Part shown: in pieces, positions 1-14,715 of the stretch
How the letters are laid out: every line of letters begins with the position of its first letter
Numbering within the stretch: position 1 is the stretch's first letter
IMG/VR virus record: IMGVR_UViG_3300035419_000202
Coordinates: 1-64,000 of that record
Source: a virus
Taxonomy: Duplodnaviria; Caudoviricetes
Reading direction: 5' to 3' (one strand)
DNA: 64,000 bases
The notes under the pieces: model-generated
What the model saw: the letters and a program-made list of their open reading frames with translations, nothing else
Told to the model about the DNA's origin: nothing
The model's database searches: none
Made by a program: the position numbers and the translations under genes

Positions 1-3000
1 ATTATTGGCAAGAAAACATATACAAGTTCAAACAAAGTACAATTTACTAATGGACTAAAAGTTAAGTTTGCTGGTAGAGTAACTCCAGAAAAATATGCTA
101 GTGATGAATGGTATGTTGAAGGTGTTGGCAGTAGCATTAGACTAGTCAGAGAACAAGATTTAGTTATACCTGCAAGTTATGTAGGTGACAAATTAGTTCC
201 ATTTGATAGCGAAGGCTTTGACAGATTGCCGTTTGGTAATGCAAGTGCGTTTGCAGAAACAAAAGATTACATTGTTATTAACAGAGCAAGTGTTGATAGA
301 AATGCTTGGACACGTTATAACAAATGGTTTCATAAAGATGTTATTGAAAAATCTGCAGAGTACAACAACGAAATAGCAAGTATTGATCAAAGCGGTAGAG
401 CTTCAAGACCAATCATTGAATTTAATGCAGGACTAAAACTATTTAATTATGGTACTCAAGCAAAAGATGATGTAGATTTAATTGATTATAAAACTACTGA
501 TGCCTTTAGTACAATAGAAGGTGGCACAGGCTACAGCATTGATAACGTTAATGTTGCTGACGGCATGCGTGTTATTTTTAACGCCGATACTGACAGAACT
601 GTAAGAGGTAAAATTTACAAAGTTAAATTTATTCTAATTGATAATATTAGACAAATTAGTTTAGTAGAAGATACTGATGCTACAGCACAAGTAAACGAAA
701 CAGTATTAATTAAAAGCGGTGACACATATAAAGGTAGGTTGTTCTATTTTGACGGCACTAACTGGAATGAGTCACAAAGAAAACTAAAAGTAAATCAGCA
801 ACCATTGTTTGACGTTTTTGACGAAAGCGATGATAGTTTTGGTACTTATAATGCAAGCACATTTAGCGGCACAGAATTATTTGCATATACACAAGGTACA
901 GGCACAAACGATGCTGAATTAGGATTTCCACTATCATACAGAGCTATTGAAAACTTTGGTGATATACAATTTAAATTTCCATTAGTAAGCGACTCATTTG
1001 TTTATGAAGAAAATAATAGTAATATTACTGTAAACGTTGAAACTGGGTATGTAAGAAAGTATACTGACCTAACATCATATGTAAGTGAAAACGGTTGGAT
1101 TAAAGCAAACAAGCCAAGCACACAAGCAATAGTAAGACAATACGTAGTAGATACTACTTTAAATGATTTTGCTGTAGATGTATTTGATCGTAGTGGCGAC
1201 CTAAACGATTTAGTTGTTAAAGTTTATGTTAACAATAGTTTTAAGAAAGAGTCAACACATTACGATATTAATAGAATAAATGGTGTTGCTTATATAACAT
1301 TTAAAACTAATTTAAAAACAGACGACATTGTATTATTAAGATGTTTTAGTAAAGCAACAAAAACAGACAACGGTTATTATGAATTAGCATATAACTTAGA
1401 ACGTAACCCTATGAACGAAAACATAGGCGATTTTACTATTGGTGAAGTTACAGATCATGTAAGCACAATAATTGAAAACACTTTCGATTATGATGGTAAT
1501 AAATTTCCAGGCGTTAGTAATTTAAGAGATATTGGCAACCTAAGTCAATTTGGTACACGTTTTGTAAAACACACTGGACCTATTGCACTTGCAAGTTATC
1601 ATCTTACAGATAAAAATGCAAATATTGTAAAAGCACTAAAGTATGCTAGACTAGAATATGCAAAATACAAAAGATTATTTTTGCAAGTAGCAGACACTTT
1701 AGGATATGATGGTCCGATCAAAGAACATGTGGACAATATCATTGCAGAAATAAACAGTCAAAAGACTGACGGAATGCCGTTTTATTTCTCAGACATGATT
1801 CCACATGGAGCATCTAAACGTACATTACATATTGTAAGAGCAAGTGATGGTATTTTTTACCCGCTTGCTACAAAGTTTGACTTATCAAACCTAAGTGAAA
1901 GAGCTGTATTAGTATACCTAAATGATAAAGCATTGTGTCACGGTTCAGATTACACATTTACAGAAGAAGGCTTTGTAAAAATATCAGCGACACTTGCTGT
2001 TAATGATGAAATAGAAATATATGAGTATGACACAACTGATGGGTGTTTTGTTCCTACTACACCAACAAAGTTAGGATTATATCCTGCTTACAAACCTGAG
2101 CTTTATTTAGACACAACACAAGAAACACCACGTAATGTTATCCAAGGACATGACGGAAGTATTAGTTTTGCTTATGGCGACTATCGTGATGATTTAATAT
2201 TAGATTTTGAAAGAAGAATTTATAACAACCTAAAACAAGCCTATAACACAGATGTATTTGATGTACATGAATTTGTTGGCGGCAACTTTAGAGATACAGG
2301 ATTTAAAAGACAAGATGTCGATAGTGCAATGGTAAGTGACTTTGTACAATGGTCAATAATTGCAGGCGATCCAAATTATACAGAAAATAATTTTTGGAAA
2401 GACACACAAACATTTAGATACAATTATAAAAATATGTCATCTCCAACAGGCAAACCTTTACCAGGTTTTTGGAGAGGCGTATACAAAGATGCGTACGATA
2501 CTGATCGTCCTCATACTCATCCTTGGGAAATGCTTGGCTTTACTATTAAGCCATCGTGGTGGGAAGCAGAATATGGTCCAGCACCGTATACTAGAAACAA
2601 CTTTGTACTTTGGGAAGATATTGAAAAAGGTCTAATCAAAGAGCCGGGTAAACCAGCAAGAGTTGACAACAGATATAAGCGTCCAGGACTAACGAATCAT
2701 ATTCCTGCAGACGAAAACGGAAATTTATTAAGTCCGTTGGACAGTAACTATGCACAAAACTTTGTTGCTGTAAGAACAAGAGATTCGTATACGTTTGGTG
2801 ATCATACTCCTACTGAAAGTGCATGGAGAAGAAGTAGTGAATATCCGTTTGCACTAATTACAAGTTGGCTGTTAAATCAACCAGCAAAGGTACTAGGAAC
2901 AGGTTTTGACTTATCAAGAATGATGAGAAACAAAACAGGTAATCTTGTTTATACTCCGTCTAATACAATTATTAGATTAAAAGATTTAGTATTTCCAAAT

Positions 3001-6000
3001 ACATATACAGACAATCAACGTGTTATTACAAGTGGTCTTGTTAACTTTATATACAACTACATAGTTAGTGATATAAACACTAGTTATAATGAGTACCAAA
3101 CAGAATTAAAAACCTTAAAGAATCAACTAGCACTTAAAGTTGGTGGCTTTACTGACAAAAGTAAATTTAAATTAATACTAGATAGCAGAACACCTTTAAA
3201 TGAAGGAAACGTATTTGTACCAGAAGAAAACTATAAACTGTTTTTAAATACATCTACACCAGTAGAAATTGCAAATTACAGCGGTGTTGTTGTACAGAAA
3301 AATACAAATGGTTATGTTATAAAAGGATACGATCAGGCAACAGCAGAATTTAAATATTTTGAACCTATTCAAGCATCGTCAGATCCTGTAATAAACATAG
3401 GTGGTATTTCAGAGTCGTTTGTAAATTGGGATAGCGGAAAACAATACGTCAAAGGACAAAATGTTCGCTTTGATAGTTTTTACTACAGAGTAAATTCAAG
3501 CCATGTAAGTGGTTCAAGTTTTGATGACACTAAAATGACTAAGTTAGCAGAGCTTCCGCTTGTAGGTGGTAGATCGAATGTACTTAGAAGAAAGTTTACA
3601 AATCGTGTTAACACAATACCTTACGGAACACTATTAACAACTACACAAGAAGTTGTAGATTTCTTGTTAGGTTATGAAGCATACTTAAAAGCACAAGGCT
3701 TTAAGTTTGAATATTACAACAAAGATATAAGTGTAGTTGAAGATTGGACATTTAGTGTAAAAGAATTTATGTTCTGGACTACACAAAATTGGGCGGCTGG
3801 TAGTGTACTAACAATAAGCCCGGGCGCACAACAATTTAAGTTCAACAGACAATACATGGTTGTAGATAACATCTTTGATACTTTCTATGATTATAGTTTG
3901 TTAAAAGCAGATGGACAGAAATTAGAAAGATCATTTAGTAGTATTGCTAGAGATACAGAAAATGATTTTGGCCTAAGTATTAAAAATACAGCAGATGGTA
4001 TTTACAGTGTTAAACTTCCGTTAGTACAAAGAGAACATGTAATATTATTAGATAACAAAACTGTATTTGGTGATGTTATATATGATCAAGAAGCAGGATA
4101 CAGACAAGAAAGAATCAAAGTTACTGGATATAGAAGTGACAATTGGTCCGGCGGATTAAACATACCAGGATTTATATACGACGAAGCAGAAGTAAGAGAC
4201 TGGACACCATATAAAGATTATGGCATAGGTAAACTAATCAAACATAAAGAGTTTTACTATGTTGCATTGGCCAATGTAACTGGCACAGAAGTCTTTGTTG
4301 ATTCACAATGGGAACGTTTAGAAAATCGTCCTCAAGCACAACTAGTGCCAAACTTTGAATACAAAATTAATCAATTTGCAGACTTTTATGATTTAGATAC
4401 AGACAATTTTGATCTTGAACAACAAAAGCATGCACAGCATTTAATTGGATATCAAAAACGCAAGTACTTAGAAAACATTATAAATGATGATGTAAGTCAG
4501 TACAAATTCTATCAAGGAATGTTACAAGACAAAGGTACAAAAAATAGTTTGGTAAAACTGTTTGATGCTCTTGCAAGTGCTGATAAAGAAAGTTTAGAGT
4601 TTTACGAAGAATGGGCAATTAGAGTTGGACAGTACGGTGCTACTGAAAACTTTGAAGATGTTGAATTTTTAATTGACGAAAAGGAAATTAAAACTAATCC
4701 ACAGCCGATAGAGCTTGTAACTAATTTACCTGCTAACGACACCGACACTATTTATAAACTCACCCCAGCAGACGTATATAAAAGACCTCAAAACTACGAT
4801 CATAAACCATTTCCGACTGTAATAGATTACAAACAGTTTACTAAAGACGCTGGATTTGTGTTTGATTCCGATGTTGCATATAGAATTAATGACAAGACAG
4901 ACATACTTACAGCAAACATTAATGTTATAGGTGCAAAGGATTATGTATGGGTAACAGGCGATCAACAGCCATGGGACGTCCTACAACACGTAACTACTAA
5001 CATTAGAGTAACTGATATAACAGGATTTGATGAAGGCGCTGATGCGTTTGTAGGTGTAGATAATCCAGGCGGAACATTTGAGTTTGATAGAGCCCACAAT
5101 TTTAAAAGAGGCGATATCATTGGATTAAAAAATACTTCAACACAGAACGACGGATTTTATACAGTAGAAGTTGTAAAACCTACTAGTGTAAACGTTCTTG
5201 CTGGAGCAAATAACAGCATAGAAGATCTAACTGATATCAACGGCTATGTAAGTATTTTACGATCAGTAAACTTTGACACTATAAAAGATGCAAACGTTGT
5301 ACTAGAAGATAAGATAGTTGAAGACCAAAAAGTTTGGATCAACGGCTCAAGCAAAAACGATTGGGCTGTTGCTATACAAGAAAATGTATATGATGATAAG
5401 AAGCATTATAATAATCCTAGCGATTATGATATTACATCTACATACGAATTTGGTTCTGCTATGTCATCAAACAAAGCAAATACTAGAATTGTGCTTGGAG
5501 ATCATAGTGCAAATAGTTTGAATGGTAATGTGTACACTTATCAAAGAGGATCAAATCTTAGAGAATTACTTTATGAAGCAACACTTAATTTAGATACCGA
5601 CACATATCCAGTAGCAGACGGACATCGCTTTGGAGCAGACATTGATATTAGTTCCGATGGTAAGTACCTTATTGTAGGGTCAAGCACAGCAAGTGATGTT
5701 GCTTCTAACTATCGAGACACATATAGTAAAACTATAGAATACGCAGAAAATGACACTGTCAAATATAACGAAAACTATTGGAAGGCTGTAAGAACAATTA
5801 CTCCTGAAAGTGCAAGTATTGCATTTAGTACATTTGACAGTTATGCAAACTTTGAAAGATCCAGTGACAGTAGTTTACTAACACTTATACTACAGGGTAG
5901 TCCATACTTACCAAACACACAAACAGATCATTTATTGATTGCAGCACCGTTTGATCAGTATAGAGGTTCTAAGCCACAGGACAAATTAGTTCTTAACTGG

Positions 6001-9000
6001 AACAATTATACAAACTTTAATAGAAACACAGGTAGTACAACTCCTGTAGAAGTATTCCCACAAGGTATTAATCCCCAAAATACAGCATCACAATATACAG
6101 AGCCAACATCAACATTTATAGAAGGCGAGCATGTTATTGTAGAAAAAGTTGATGCTGTACTACTAGTAGAGCCATTTACTGATCCTCCTGAAGAAGGAGA
6201 TATTATTGATACAGTAGGCGGCTCAGCAACAGTATACAAAGCCTTCCAAAGAGACTTTAAACTTGTAATGTATATAAAAGATACAAATGGAGTATTTGGA
6301 CCAACTGGAACTGTTACAAACAGCAACGGCACACTAATCGGTGAGTATACACAACCAAACTACAATGGCACAACTGGAGCAGCTGGCGGTTGGTGGTATA
6401 TTAATACAGGTACAAATTATCTAACATCAGATGAATTTACAGAAGCAAAAGATTTTGGTGTACCAGGTTATGGACTAGTATATCAAGACGTACTAGTGTA
6501 TGATGAAAATACTCAAACATATGCAAGGACTATACCAAACTTTTATGCAAATGGTTTAGATGATGTTCAAAACACTATATTCCCAACTAGAGATGAACCA
6601 GTGTTTGTTAGTGTTCTTTCACACAGAGGCGCGGCATATATAAATGTTGACAACGATGGTGTACAAAACATTTTAGACAACAGATGGTTAATGAGAGTTC
6701 CGTCAGCTCTAAATGGAGAAATTACACAAGCAGGAGATCAATTTAGGGCATATATTAATGACCAAGCTGATGCACCAGACTTTACTTTACTAGGTATTGA
6801 TCCTAGTTATATTAACGACAACTTACACACTGTTGTAGATATGTGGGAAGGTTATATTGACTTTACATTTACTAAAACACAGGGTGCTGATGTTGATATG
6901 TTATCAGACCAAGACATTGACACTGGTGACTTTTTTGAGCCTGCTTATGAAGGAAAAGTATTTTCAGACTTAAATGGAAATATTGTAAACATAGGCGGCG
7001 CCGCAGGCGACTTTATTAGAGATGAAATTTCCGGTGCAAGAGGCCGTGTTGCATATTATATAAGACGTGCAACCGACCAAGGTAGAGTATACCTCAAAGA
7101 TGTTACAGGAACATTTACGCAAGGCAACAGATTATTACTTGAAACACTTGAAGGACCTTCACAGTTACCAAACCAACGTATTATGGGTCCAATTAATAAA
7201 ATTTCTGTAACAGGAAATAACACAGGTAAAATTGCTGTTATGCAAAAGGGAACTAGTTTTCCTGCACACCCTGAATCATATGGCGGCTTAGATCAGTTTA
7301 GAGATTTAAATGCGTTTGCACATATTAATAAAGAGTTTTGGGTTTACAAAGAAAACTTAACAGAGGCTGGTGCAGAAGCAGAGGCAAGTATACCTAGTAC
7401 AGCAAACAGTGACTGGCGACTTGTTTACAATTTACCTGTAGACACAAGCGGTTCACAAGTAAGTAAGCCAGCTAACCAAGGTGTATACAGTATCTTCAAT
7501 AGAGTAGGAAGTACATGGACCAACAGAGGAACATGGACTATTCCTGGAAGTACTACAAACAGTAATGTTGGTAAACAAGTTGCTGTAACACAAGACGGCG
7601 ACTTGTATAGATTTTATGTAGGTTCAAAAGAAAACCTAACAGTTATCAAACATGGTACTGACAAGTATGGTAAAAATTATAATTATGCATTAGACATCAA
7701 TCCTCATTATAGAGGACCGTACACAGCAGATGTTGCATACAAAACAGATGAAATAGTTTTATATAACAATCAGTTATATTCAGCACTTACATTTGTTAAA
7801 GGTGTAGTGCCTACTGACTCACTAAAATGGACAACGTTAGACAGCACAGTTAACTATCTTCCAACATTACCAAATGCTGTAAACATTTATAATGATCCGG
7901 TGTTTAATGATTTAGGCGAAGGCGTCTTAGACTTTACACAAGAAATATCAGTAAGTGAAAATGGGCAAGTTCTTGCAATTAGTGTTATTACTGACACAAG
8001 TGTTGACCCTGATAACAAAGTTCTTGTTTATAGAATTTTAGACGACAGATATGTTTTTGATCAAACTATTGTTGCACCAGTTTCAAACACCGGTTGGGGT
8101 AGTAGCATAAGTTTAAGCGAAGATGGCGATACTTTAGTAATTGCAGATCCTGAAAGTGACGTACAGGGCTTTAACACAGGCAAAGTATTTGTGTATGCAA
8201 AAGTAAATGGTACTTTTGAATTACATCAAACATTGTCAGGCACTGGTACACTTAGTGAAAAGTTTGGCACCAAAGTTAGTATTTCAAAAGATATAATTGC
8301 TGTAACAAGTGGCAATGGCGATATTATTACTGAAACAACATTTGACGATGGTACAACATCATTTGACGATACATTTACAACATATCCTGACAAGAGAATA
8401 GACAGTGGTAGTGTTAGACTTTATCAGAAAATTAAAGATGCATTTATACTTGCGGAAGAATTAGACTATGACGGTGACGACAATGTACTAGTTGCAAGTA
8501 GATTTGGTGAGCAAGTTTTAATTAACGACAACCACGTTTATGTAGGTGTTCCGGCAGATCCAAACACATATTATGATGAAGATATTAATCCGGGTAGTTT
8601 TGTAGATTATCAAGTTACACAAAACAAAAAACCATGGACACTATTAAGAACACCAAACGAAGTTGTTGATATACAAAAAATTAAATCAACATTTTTATAT
8701 GATGTAAAAACAAACCAATTATCTACATATTTAGATTACATTGATCCTGTACAAGGCAAAATTGCAGGACCAGCAGAACAAGAGTTAACATTTAAATCAA
8801 ACATAGATTTTGCACGTTACAATGTTACAACATTGCCAGACTACTTTAGTGAAACTGCTAATTGGGAAGAACAACATGTTGGTAAACTATGGTGGGATTT
8901 ATCTACTGCTAAATTCTTTAATGTTTATCAAGAAGATATTACTAACCAAGCAAACAACTGGAGCAAGTTAATACCTAATTACACAGTTGATGTTTACGAA

Positions 9001-12000
9001 TGGGTAGAAAGTAATATTGTACCTGAAGACTGGGATACACAAGCAGAAACAGCCGCAGGCTTTGCAAAAGGTATAAGCGGATTTTCTAAATATGGCAACG
9101 ATGCATACAGTCAAAAATTAGTTTACGATCCTGTATCACAAACATTTAGTGACAAGTATTATTTCTGGGTTAAAAATAAATTAACAGTTCCGGTAATGGA
9201 TTCAAGAAAAATTAGTGCATCTGAAGTTGCAAATCTAATTGCTGACCCAAGAGGACAAGGTTATAGTTTTGTAGCATTGTTAAGTAATGATAGATTTGTT
9301 CTTTACAACTGTGAAAGTTTAATTAAAGATAAAGACATTGCTTTACATGTAAGTTACTATACACAAGATACACAAGAACAAAATAGACATTTTGAATATA
9401 GTTTGTTAACAGAAGGACTAGAAACAAGTGTACCTAAAGCAGACATAGAAAGAAAATGGATTGACAGTTTACTTGGTTACGATTCAAGAGGACGTATTGT
9501 TCCAGATCCTGAGTTAAGTGCAAAAGACAAATATGGTACATTAAATAGTCCAAGACAAAGTTGGTTTGTTAATAGACAAGAAGCATTTAAGCAAGTTGTT
9601 GAAAGAGCAAACTTAGCACTTCGAGAAACTATCATTGTAGATGACTTTAGTTTTACTACACTTAACAGTGCTGATGTCCAACCGTTTGTTACAGACAGAA
9701 CATACGATTATAAAATTGATACATTAGAAGAATTAGATTTTATTGGTATTAATAAAATTAAGACAGCAAAACTACAAGCATCAGTACATGGTGGTGTAGT
9801 GAATGATATTAGAATTATTGATACTGGTAGAGGATATAACGATCCTACATATGACAATACTACAAGTGTTGTAAGACACGGGCCAAGTTTTGAATTATTT
9901 GGCAACGGTAGTGGATTAGACTTTAATTTAGAAATTAATAATCTAGGACAAATTAGTAAAGTAAACATTATTAACGGTGGTTCTGGATATGATGAAAATT
10001 TAAGAATTGAAGTAAGGCCACTTACAGTATTAGTTGAAAATGATAGCACAGTTAATAACAAATGGGCTATTTACGAATGGAATAAATCATCAAGTCTTTG
10101 GAATAGAGTAAAATCACAAAGTTACGATACAAAAGAATATTGGGATTATGTAGACTGGTATGCAACAGGTTATACACAATTTACAAGAATTGATCATAGA
10201 GTAGATGAAAGTTATCAGTTAGCATCGGCAAATGCTAAGATTGGCCAAATTGTTAAGATTGATAATATAGGTAACGGTGGCTGGTTGTTATTAAAACGTG
10301 TTGCAGATACTAATTCTTTAGACTATACAATTGATTATGAAACTATTGGTAGAGAAAACGGTACAATAGAAATTAGTAGCAAAATTTATAATGTAATAGA
10401 AAATACAGTTGGTTATGATTTACTAGGCTACGACAATAGATTCTTTGATACTGAACCAGTAACTGAAGGTAGACAAATACTAACAGCACTAAAGAACGAT
10501 ATATTTGTAGATAACTTAGCAATTAAATGGCAAGAACTATTCCTTGCAAGTGTTAGATATGTATTGTCAGAACAACAAAATGTTGATTGGGTATATAAAA
10601 CAAGTTTTGTAAAAGCAAAACATAATGTAGGTGAACTAGAGCAAAAAATAAATTATCAAAATGATAACTTGAGTAGTTACAATGATTATATTAATGAAGT
10701 TAAACCTTACAAAACAAATATACGTGAATATCTAAGTTCTTATGAAAATGTAGATAATACTAATACACAAACTAGTGATTTTGATGTTCCTCCTTATTAT
10801 GACTATACACAAAACGGAATAAAAACTAAATCTGTAAAAATTAGAGATAACGACTTAATTGGTGCAGATGCATTTTTTGATGAATATCCATACCAGTCAT
10901 GGAAAGAAAATTATGGATATAAAGTTACAGCAATTAATATTTACGATGGCGGAAGCAAATATACATATCCACCAACAGTAACTATTGCAGGCGGTGGCGG
11001 CACTGGCGCAACAGCAAGAGCATATATTGGCGCAGGCAAAGTAATTAAAATTGAAGTAACAAATAGCGGATCAGGTTATACTAGTGCGCCAACTGTTACA
11101 CTAAGTGGATCACAAGCAGACGGTTCTACAACAGCAATAGCATCAGCACAAATTGGCGACGGTGTTGTAAGAAGTTTACATGTTGGTATTAAGTTTGACA
11201 GAGTATCTGGACAATACTTTATTACAACATTACCTGAAACAGAAACATTTACAGGTACAGCAATAAATGATAAGTTTGATTTAAAATGGCCAATTAATTT
11301 AAAACGTAATAAAATAAAAGTTACAATTAATGGTACATTATTATTGCGTAGTGAATATACGTTTACTAATGTAGATGACAAAACATATACATATGATAGA
11401 CAAAAAGGTCAAATAGCATTCAGTAAAACTCCTGAACTAGGAGATGTTATTTTAGTTGAATACGAAAAAGACCCTGCAATATTAAATGCACAAGATAGAA
11501 TTAATCATTTATATAATCCTACAACAGGAATGCTTGGTAAAGACTTAGCACAATTAATGGTTGGTGTTGATTACGGCGGTGTTGAAGTTAAGAGTTTCGG
11601 CTTTGAAGGAACATCAGGATGGATGACCGACGAATACGGAACAGATACTTGGGACAGTTACGATAATACATTTGAAGATGAAATTTTCTTTGCAGATGGA
11701 ACTACTGTTGCTATTGAACTTGCTAAACCTTTAGAAGATGGCGTTGAATATAATGTTTACTTGAAGCGTTTTGGACAAACAAAAGCAATTAGAATAGACG
11801 ATCCTAGTTACAATACTGTTCCTACTAATCCTTTAGCAATGATGCAAACACTTGTTGGCGACGGTGTAACACAAACAATCAATTTAGCTGAGAATGATAT
11901 TCAAGTTAATGACGGTGACATTGTTACTATTAGAAAAACAACTTCAGATGGAAGTTTCAAACCAGACGGTGACAGTTATGATACTATACTTGAAGGCGGA

Positions 12001-14073
12001 GCATTAGAGTACGGTAATGCTGGCGGTATTAATGCTGATGATATTATATTAGATGGTGACTTGTTTGTTACTCCGTTAACATCAGGCGGTCCAGAAGAAT
12101 TAGTAAATGGTCAAGTAATGGACTCTGTGAATATTACAGTTTATGAAAGAAACGGTGAAGGCCAAGGTCAGATATATAATCAGAATTACTTAACTGACGG
12201 TACAACTACAACTTACCCATTAGGACTAGCACCACACAGTAATGACGCTGTAATTGTTAAACTAGGTAATACTATAGTTGATAAAGCTCAGTATTCATTA
12301 GACTACACAGCTCTTACAGTAACATTTAATAATGCACCTGCAGAAGATCAAATATTAACAATTCTTACAGTTGGAATCAACGGACAAAATATTATTGACC
12401 TTGGTGTATTGTTTACAATCGAAGGACAAAGTTCGTATGTAACAAATCTTTTATGGGATGACAAGTATGCTGTTTACCTTAGAAAAAATGGACAAGAGCC
12501 AGATGGCCCTGAACTAATTGCTAAAAAGAGTGATACAGGGTTTATTGAATTTGTGTTTAGTCCAGTAGCACCGCCTGCTGGCACAAGATTAGATTATGAA
12601 ATTTATGCTGATAACACACTTATAAATTATAGCAAAATACAAAAAGATAATATTATTGCTGACGGATCAAGTGTAACATATAACTTGTCAACTAATGCAA
12701 TATATGAAACACCTGCAGAGTTCTTTAGCATTGTAGAAGTTAATGGTGCTATTAAAAAGCCGGGCTACTCAAAAGTATTCCATATTACTGAAGCAACGAA
12801 AAGAACATATACTTTAGAAACATTCCAAGTACAAGAAGCAACGCTAAGTGCTGCTGATACAGAAGTTTATTTAAACGGTAAACTGTTAAACCAGCAAGGT
12901 AGTTATACAGTTAACATTGGTGAAAGTAGTATTACAATAGCAAGTAATCTTTTGTCAGAAGGTGATATACTATCTGTTTACTTTAGAAACGGCGATTACC
13001 GTATAGTTGGAAATCAACTTACATTTACTGATTTACCAGCAGAAGATGATATTATAAATGCTTATACATTTAGTAATCATGATATATTAGACATTAACCG
13101 CATAAGTTATGATGTTATTAATAGAAGTGCATTAACACCTGGATCAGATAACTATTCAGCATACCATCAGTTAACAGGTGGTAGAGTATTGTTAAATCAA
13201 CCAGCCAGCGGTGTCGAATATGTTTGGATATTTAAAAATGGTTCTATGTTATCGCCAAGTGTAGATTACAAGTTACAAGACAACATGAGAATTATTGAAC
13301 TTGCTAATGAGCCTAGTGAAAATGATACAATAGATATTATACACTTTACAGCACCAATTAGCACACCGACTATTGCATGGCAACAGTTTAAAGATATTCT
13401 TAACAGAACACACTACAAACGTGTTGACAACAACGATGGTGTAAGACTAGCACAAGACTTAGAATTTAATGATTTAAGAATTGTTGTAGTTGAAGGAGCA
13501 GATAGATTACCAACTCCGGATAAACGTGCTAACAAGCCAGGCATTATTTGGATCAATGGAGAACGTATTGAGTATTTTGCAAAAACAGGTAATGATCTAA
13601 GACAATTACGCAGAGGCACACTAGGCACAGGTATTGCAACAACACATAAAATAGGAACTAGGGTATACGGTGCTGGAGTAGAGAAAAATATTCCATATGC
13701 TGATCAAAATATAGTTTGGTCACCAGTTGATGCTGTAACTGAAGGACAAACTGAATTTACACTTGATTTTACACCTAACAGTGTAAATGAGTTCGAAGTT
13801 TTTGCTGCAGGAAAGAGGTTAAATAAGGCTGCTATAGCAACATTTGATCCCGCACTTGCTATTGACTCACCCGAAGGTGACGTAAATACACCAGCAGAGT
13901 TCACTGTAAATGGCAATACATTAACACTAACAAGTCCAATGAAAGCAAATCAAAAGTTAGTTGTTATTAGAAAAGTAGGTAAATTGTGGACAGATCCGGG
14001 CACTCCATTAAAAGATGCTCAAAACGACATTGGTAGTTTCTTACGTGGAGCAAGAAGTGAATTACCCGAATAA
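1..14073 (+). CDS. Giant virion structural protein (baseplate-wedge/tail-associated type), 5'-truncated, at least 4,690 aa
   Basis: Frame 1 is open from base 1 ([18 protein letters not shown]...), so the TTG at 226 is not the true start. Contains FG-GAP-like repeats ([36 protein letters not shown]), CBM5/12-like modules ([23 protein letters not shown]), GGSGY/T4-like wedge repeats ([16 protein letters not shown]) and C-terminal VYLNG/DY beta-sandwich repeats; lies upstream of fibre genes. Confidence 0.8.
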   Translation: MIGKKTYTSSNKVQFTNGLKVKFAGRVTPEKYASDEWYVEGVGSSIRLVREQDLVIPASYVGDKLVPFDSEGFDRLPFGNASAFAETKDYIVINRASVDRNAWTRYNKWFHKDVIEKSAEYNNEIASIDQSGRASRPIIEFNAGLKLFNYGTQAKDDVDLIDYKTTDAFSTIEGGTGYSIDNVNVADGMRVIFNADTDRTVRGKIYKVKFILIDNIRQISLVEDTDATAQVNETVLIKSGDTYKGRLFYFDGTNWNESQRKLKVNQQPLFDVFDESDDSFGTYNASTFSGTELFAYTQGTGTNDAELGFPLSYRAIENFGDIQFKFPLVSDSFVYEENNSNITVNVETGYVRKYTDLTSYVSENGWIKANKPSTQAIVRQYVVDTTLNDFAVDVFDRSGDLNDLVVKVYVNNSFKKESTHYDINRINGVAYITFKTNLKTDDIVLLRCFSKATKTDNGYYELAYNLERNPMNENIGDFTIGEVTDHVSTIIENTFDYDGNKFPGVSNLRDIGNLSQFGTRFVKHTGPIALASYHLTDKNANIVKALKYARLEYAKYKRLFLQVADTLGYDGPIKEHVDNIIAEINSQKTDGMPFYFSDMIPHGASKRTLHIVRASDGIFYPLATKFDLSNLSERAVLVYLNDKALCHGSDYTFTEEGFVKISATLAVNDEIEIYEYDTTDGCFVPTTPTKLGLYPAYKPELYLDTTQETPRNVIQGHDGSISFAYGDYRDDLILDFERRIYNNLKQAYNTDVFDVHEFVGGNFRDTGFKRQDVDSAMVSDFVQWSIIAGDPNYTENNFWKDTQTFRYNYKNMSSPTGKPLPGFWRGVYKDAYDTDRPHTHPWEMLGFTIKPSWWEAEYGPAPYTRNNFVLWEDIEKGLIKEPGKPARVDNRYKRPGLTNHIPADENGNLLSPLDSNYAQNFVAVRTRDSYTFGDHTPTESAWRRSSEYPFALITSWLLNQPAKVLGTGFDLSRMMRNKTGNLVYTPSNTIIRLKDLVFPNTYTDNQRVITSGLVNFIYNYIVSDINTSYNEYQTELKTLKNQLALKVGGFTDKSKFKLILDSRTPLNEGNVFVPEENYKLFLNTSTPVEIANYSGVVVQKNTNGYVIKGYDQATAEFKYFEPIQASSDPVINIGGISESFVNWDSGKQYVKGQNVRFDSFYYRVNSSHVSGSSFDDTKMTKLAELPLVGGRSNVLRRKFTNRVNTIPYGTLLTTTQEVVDFLLGYEAYLKAQGFKFEYYNKDISVVEDWTFSVKEFMFWTTQNWAAGSVLTISPGAQQFKFNRQYMVVDNIFDTFYDYSLLKADGQKLERSFSSIARDTENDFGLSIKNTADGIYSVKLPLVQREHVILLDNKTVFGDVIYDQEAGYRQERIKVTGYRSDNWSGGLNIPGFIYDEAEVRDWTPYKDYGIGKLIKHKEFYYVALANVTGTEVFVDSQWERLENRPQAQLVPNFEYKINQFADFYDLDTDNFDLEQQKHAQHLIGYQKRKYLENIINDDVSQYKFYQGMLQDKGTKNSLVKLFDALASADKESLEFYEEWAIRVGQYGATENFEDVEFLIDEKEIKTNPQPIELVTNLPANDTDTIYKLTPADVYKRPQNYDHKPFPTVIDYKQFTKDAGFVFDSDVAYRINDKTDILTANINVIGAKDYVWVTGDQQPWDVLQHVTTNIRVTDITGFDEGADAFVGVDNPGGTFEFDRAHNFKRGDIIGLKNTSTQNDGFYTVEVVKPTSVNVLAGANNSIEDLTDINGYVSILRSVNFDTIKDANVVLEDKIVEDQKVWINGSSKNDWAVAIQENVYDDKKHYNNPSDYDITSTYEFGSAMSSNKANTRIVLGDHSANSLNGNVYTYQRGSNLRELLYEATLNLDTDTYPVADGHRFGADIDISSDGKYLIVGSSTASDVASNYRDTYSKTIEYAENDTVKYNENYWKAVRTITPESASIAFSTFDSYANFERSSDSSLLTLILQGSPYLPNTQTDHLLIAAPFDQYRGSKPQDKLVLNWNNYTNFNRNTGSTTPVEVFPQGINPQNTASQYTEPTSTFIEGEHVIVEKVDAVLLVEPFTDPPEEGDIIDTVGGSATVYKAFQRDFKLVMYIKDTNGVFGPTGTVTNSNGTLIGEYTQPNYNGTTGAAGGWWYINTGTNYLTSDEFTEAKDFGVPGYGLVYQDVLVYDENTQTYARTIPNFYANGLDDVQNTIFPTRDEPVFVSVLSHRGAAYINVDNDGVQNILDNRWLMRVPSALNGEITQAGDQFRAYINDQADAPDFTLLGIDPSYINDNLHTVVDMWEGYIDFTFTKTQGADVDMLSDQDIDTGDFFEPAYEGKVFSDLNGNIVNIGGAAGDFIRDEISGARGRVAYYIRRATDQGRVYLKDVTGTFTQGNRLLLETLEGPSQLPNQRIMGPINKISVTGNNTGKIAVMQKGTSFPAHPESYGGLDQFRDLNAFAHINKEFWVYKENLTEAGAEAEASIPSTANSDWRLVYNLPVDTSGSQVSKPANQGVYSIFNRVGSTWTNRGTWTIPGSTTNSNVGKQVAVTQDGDLYRFYVGSKENLTVIKHGTDKYGKNYNYALDINPHYRGPYTADVAYKTDEIVLYNNQLYSALTFVKGVVPTDSLKWTTLDSTVNYLPTLPNAVNIYNDPVFNDLGEGVLDFTQEISVSENGQVLAISVITDTSVDPDNKVLVYRILDDRYVFDQTIVAPVSNTGWGSSISLSEDGDTLVIADPESDVQGFNTGKVFVYAKVNGTFELHQTLSGTGTLSEKFGTKVSISKDIIAVTSGNGDIITETTFDDGTTSFDDTFTTYPDKRIDSGSVRLYQKIKDAFILAEELDYDGDDNVLVASRFGEQVLINDNHVYVGVPADPNTYYDEDINPGSFVDYQVTQNKKPWTLLRTPNEVVDIQKIKSTFLYDVKTNQLSTYLDYIDPVQGKIAGPAEQELTFKSNIDFARYNVTTLPDYFSETANWEEQHVGKLWWDLSTAKFFNVYQEDITNQANNWSKLIPNYTVDVYEWVESNIVPEDWDTQAETAAGFAKGISGFSKYGNDAYSQKLVYDPVSQTFSDKYYFWVKNKLTVPVMDSRKISASEVANLIADPRGQGYSFVALLSNDRFVLYNCESLIKDKDIALHVSYYTQDTQEQNRHFEYSLLTEGLETSVPKADIERKWIDSLLGYDSRGRIVPDPELSAKDKYGTLNSPRQSWFVNRQEAFKQVVERANLALRETIIVDDFSFTTLNSADVQPFVTDRTYDYKIDTLEELDFIGINKIKTAKLQASVHGGVVNDIRIIDTGRGYNDPTYDNTTSVVRHGPSFELFGNGSGLDFNLEINNLGQISKVNIINGGSGYDENLRIEVRPLTVLVENDSTVNNKWAIYEWNKSSSLWNRVKSQSYDTKEYWDYVDWYATGYTQFTRIDHRVDESYQLASANAKIGQIVKIDNIGNGGWLLLKRVADTNSLDYTIDYETIGRENGTIEISSKIYNVIENTVGYDLLGYDNRFFDTEPVTEGRQILTALKNDIFVDNLAIKWQELFLASVRYVLSEQQNVDWVYKTSFVKAKHNVGELEQKINYQNDNLSSYNDYINEVKPYKTNIREYLSSYENVDNTNTQTSDFDVPPYYDYTQNGIKTKSVKIRDNDLIGADAFFDEYPYQSWKENYGYKVTAINIYDGGSKYTYPPTVTIAGGGGTGATARAYIGAGKVIKIEVTNSGSGYTSAPTVTLSGSQADGSTTAIASAQIGDGVVRSLHVGIKFDRVSGQYFITTLPETETFTGTAINDKFDLKWPINLKRNKIKVTINGTLLLRSEYTFTNVDDKTYTYDRQKGQIAFSKTPELGDVILVEYEKDPAILNAQDRINHLYNPTTGMLGKDLAQLMVGVDYGGVEVKSFGFEGTSGWMTDEYGTDTWDSYDNTFEDEIFFADGTTVAIELAKPLEDGVEYNVYLKRFGQTKAIRIDDPSYNTVPTNPLAMMQTLVGDGVTQTINLAENDIQVNDGDIVTIRKTTSDGSFKPDGDSYDTILEGGALEYGNAGGINADDIILDGDLFVTPLTSGGPEELVNGQVMDSVNITVYERNGEGQGQIYNQNYLTDGTTTTYPLGLAPHSNDAVIVKLGNTIVDKAQYSLDYTALTVTFNNAPAEDQILTILTVGINGQNIIDLGVLFTIEGQSSYVTNLLWDDKYAVYLRKNGQEPDGPELIAKKSDTGFIEFVFSPVAPPAGTRLDYEIYADNTLINYSKIQKDNIIADGSSVTYNLSTNAIYETPAEFFSIVEVNGAIKKPGYSKVFHITEATKRTYTLETFQVQEATLSAADTEVYLNGKLLNQQGSYTVNIGESSITIASNLLSEGDILSVYFRNGDYRIVGNQLTFTDLPAEDDIINAYTFSNHDILDINRISYDVINRSALTPGSDNYSAYHQLTGGRVLLNQPASGVEYVWIFKNGSMLSPSVDYKLQDNMRIIELANEPSENDTIDIIHFTAPISTPTIAWQQFKDILNRTHYKRVDNNDGVRLAQDLEFNDLRIVVVEGADRLPTPDKRANKPGIIWINGERIEYFAKTGNDLRQLRRGTLGTGIATTHKIGTRVYGAGVEKNIPYADQNIVWSPVDAVTEGQTEFTLDFTPNSVNEFEVFAAGKRLNKAAIATFDPALAIDSPEGDVNTPAEFTVNGNTLTLTSPMKANQKLVVIRKVGKLWTDPGTPLKDAQNDIGSFLRGARSELPE

Positions 14074-14080
14074 ATATACT
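14071..14080 (+). promoter_or_regulatory. Late-promoter-like motif TAAATA(TACT) overlapping the stop codon of the giant gene
   Basis: TAAATATACT; the identical 10-mer is on the minus strand at 47954-47963; resembles the T4 late promoter TATAAATA. Confidence 0.55.
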
Positions 14081-14094
14081 AGTAGGAATAGAAA

Positions 14095-14715
14095 ATGACA
14101 AACACAATTAATGAACAAAACGGTGTATTTGTACAAGGGCATATTAAAATAAGTGACCCTAACAGTGGCGAAGTCTTTGTTAACAAAAAGAACGCTATAC
14201 ACTATGAAAATATGAGTATTGCTCTTGCAGAATCATTAGGTAATGCAGGACAAGGGCCTATTGCTGTAATGAGTTTCGGCAATGGCGGTACTAATATAGA
14301 TTCAACAGGAGTAATAACATATCTTACTCCAAACTCGACAGGAACAAACGCAGGTTTGTACAATCAAACGTTTACAAAAATAGTTGATGATCGAAATACA
14401 GACAATTTAGATCCTACTAGAAACAAGATAGAAACTAGGCATGTAAATGGTACAAACTATACTGATATTGTTATCACATGTTTACTAGACTACGGTGAAC
14501 CAAACGGTCAAGATGCATTTGATACAGCATCTGATGCAGATAACAGTTTTGTATTTGATGAACTAGGATTGCGTAGTGCAAGTGCAGATGGTGTTTTAGG
14601 TAATGGTAGATTACTTACACATGTCATTTTCCACCCTGTACAAAAATCACTAAACAGATTGATCCAAGTAGACTATACAGTTCGAGTACAAAGCCTTAGC
14701 GGAGGTAACAGCTAA
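14095..14715 (+). CDS. Virion structural protein (baseplate-associated), 206 aa
   Basis: Between the giant structural gene and fibre genes; AGGA upstream; beta-rich sequence with FDELGL and FHPVQKSLNRLIQVDYTVRV segments; TAATG overlap with next gene. Confidence 0.6.
   Translation: MTNTINEQNGVFVQGHIKISDPNSGEVFVNKKNAIHYENMSIALAESLGNAGQGPIAVMSFGNGGTNIDSTGVITYLTPNSTGTNAGLYNQTFTKIVDDRNTDNLDPTRNKIETRHVNGTNYTDIVITCLLDYGEPNGQDAFDTASDADNSFVFDELGLRSASADGVLGNGRLLTHVIFHPVQKSLNRLIQVDYTVRVQSLSGGNS

Noticed and set aside
226-228. TTG start given by the ORF track for the giant gene
   Set aside because: The frame is open and coding-like from base 1 and there is no SD; the gene starts upstream of the window.
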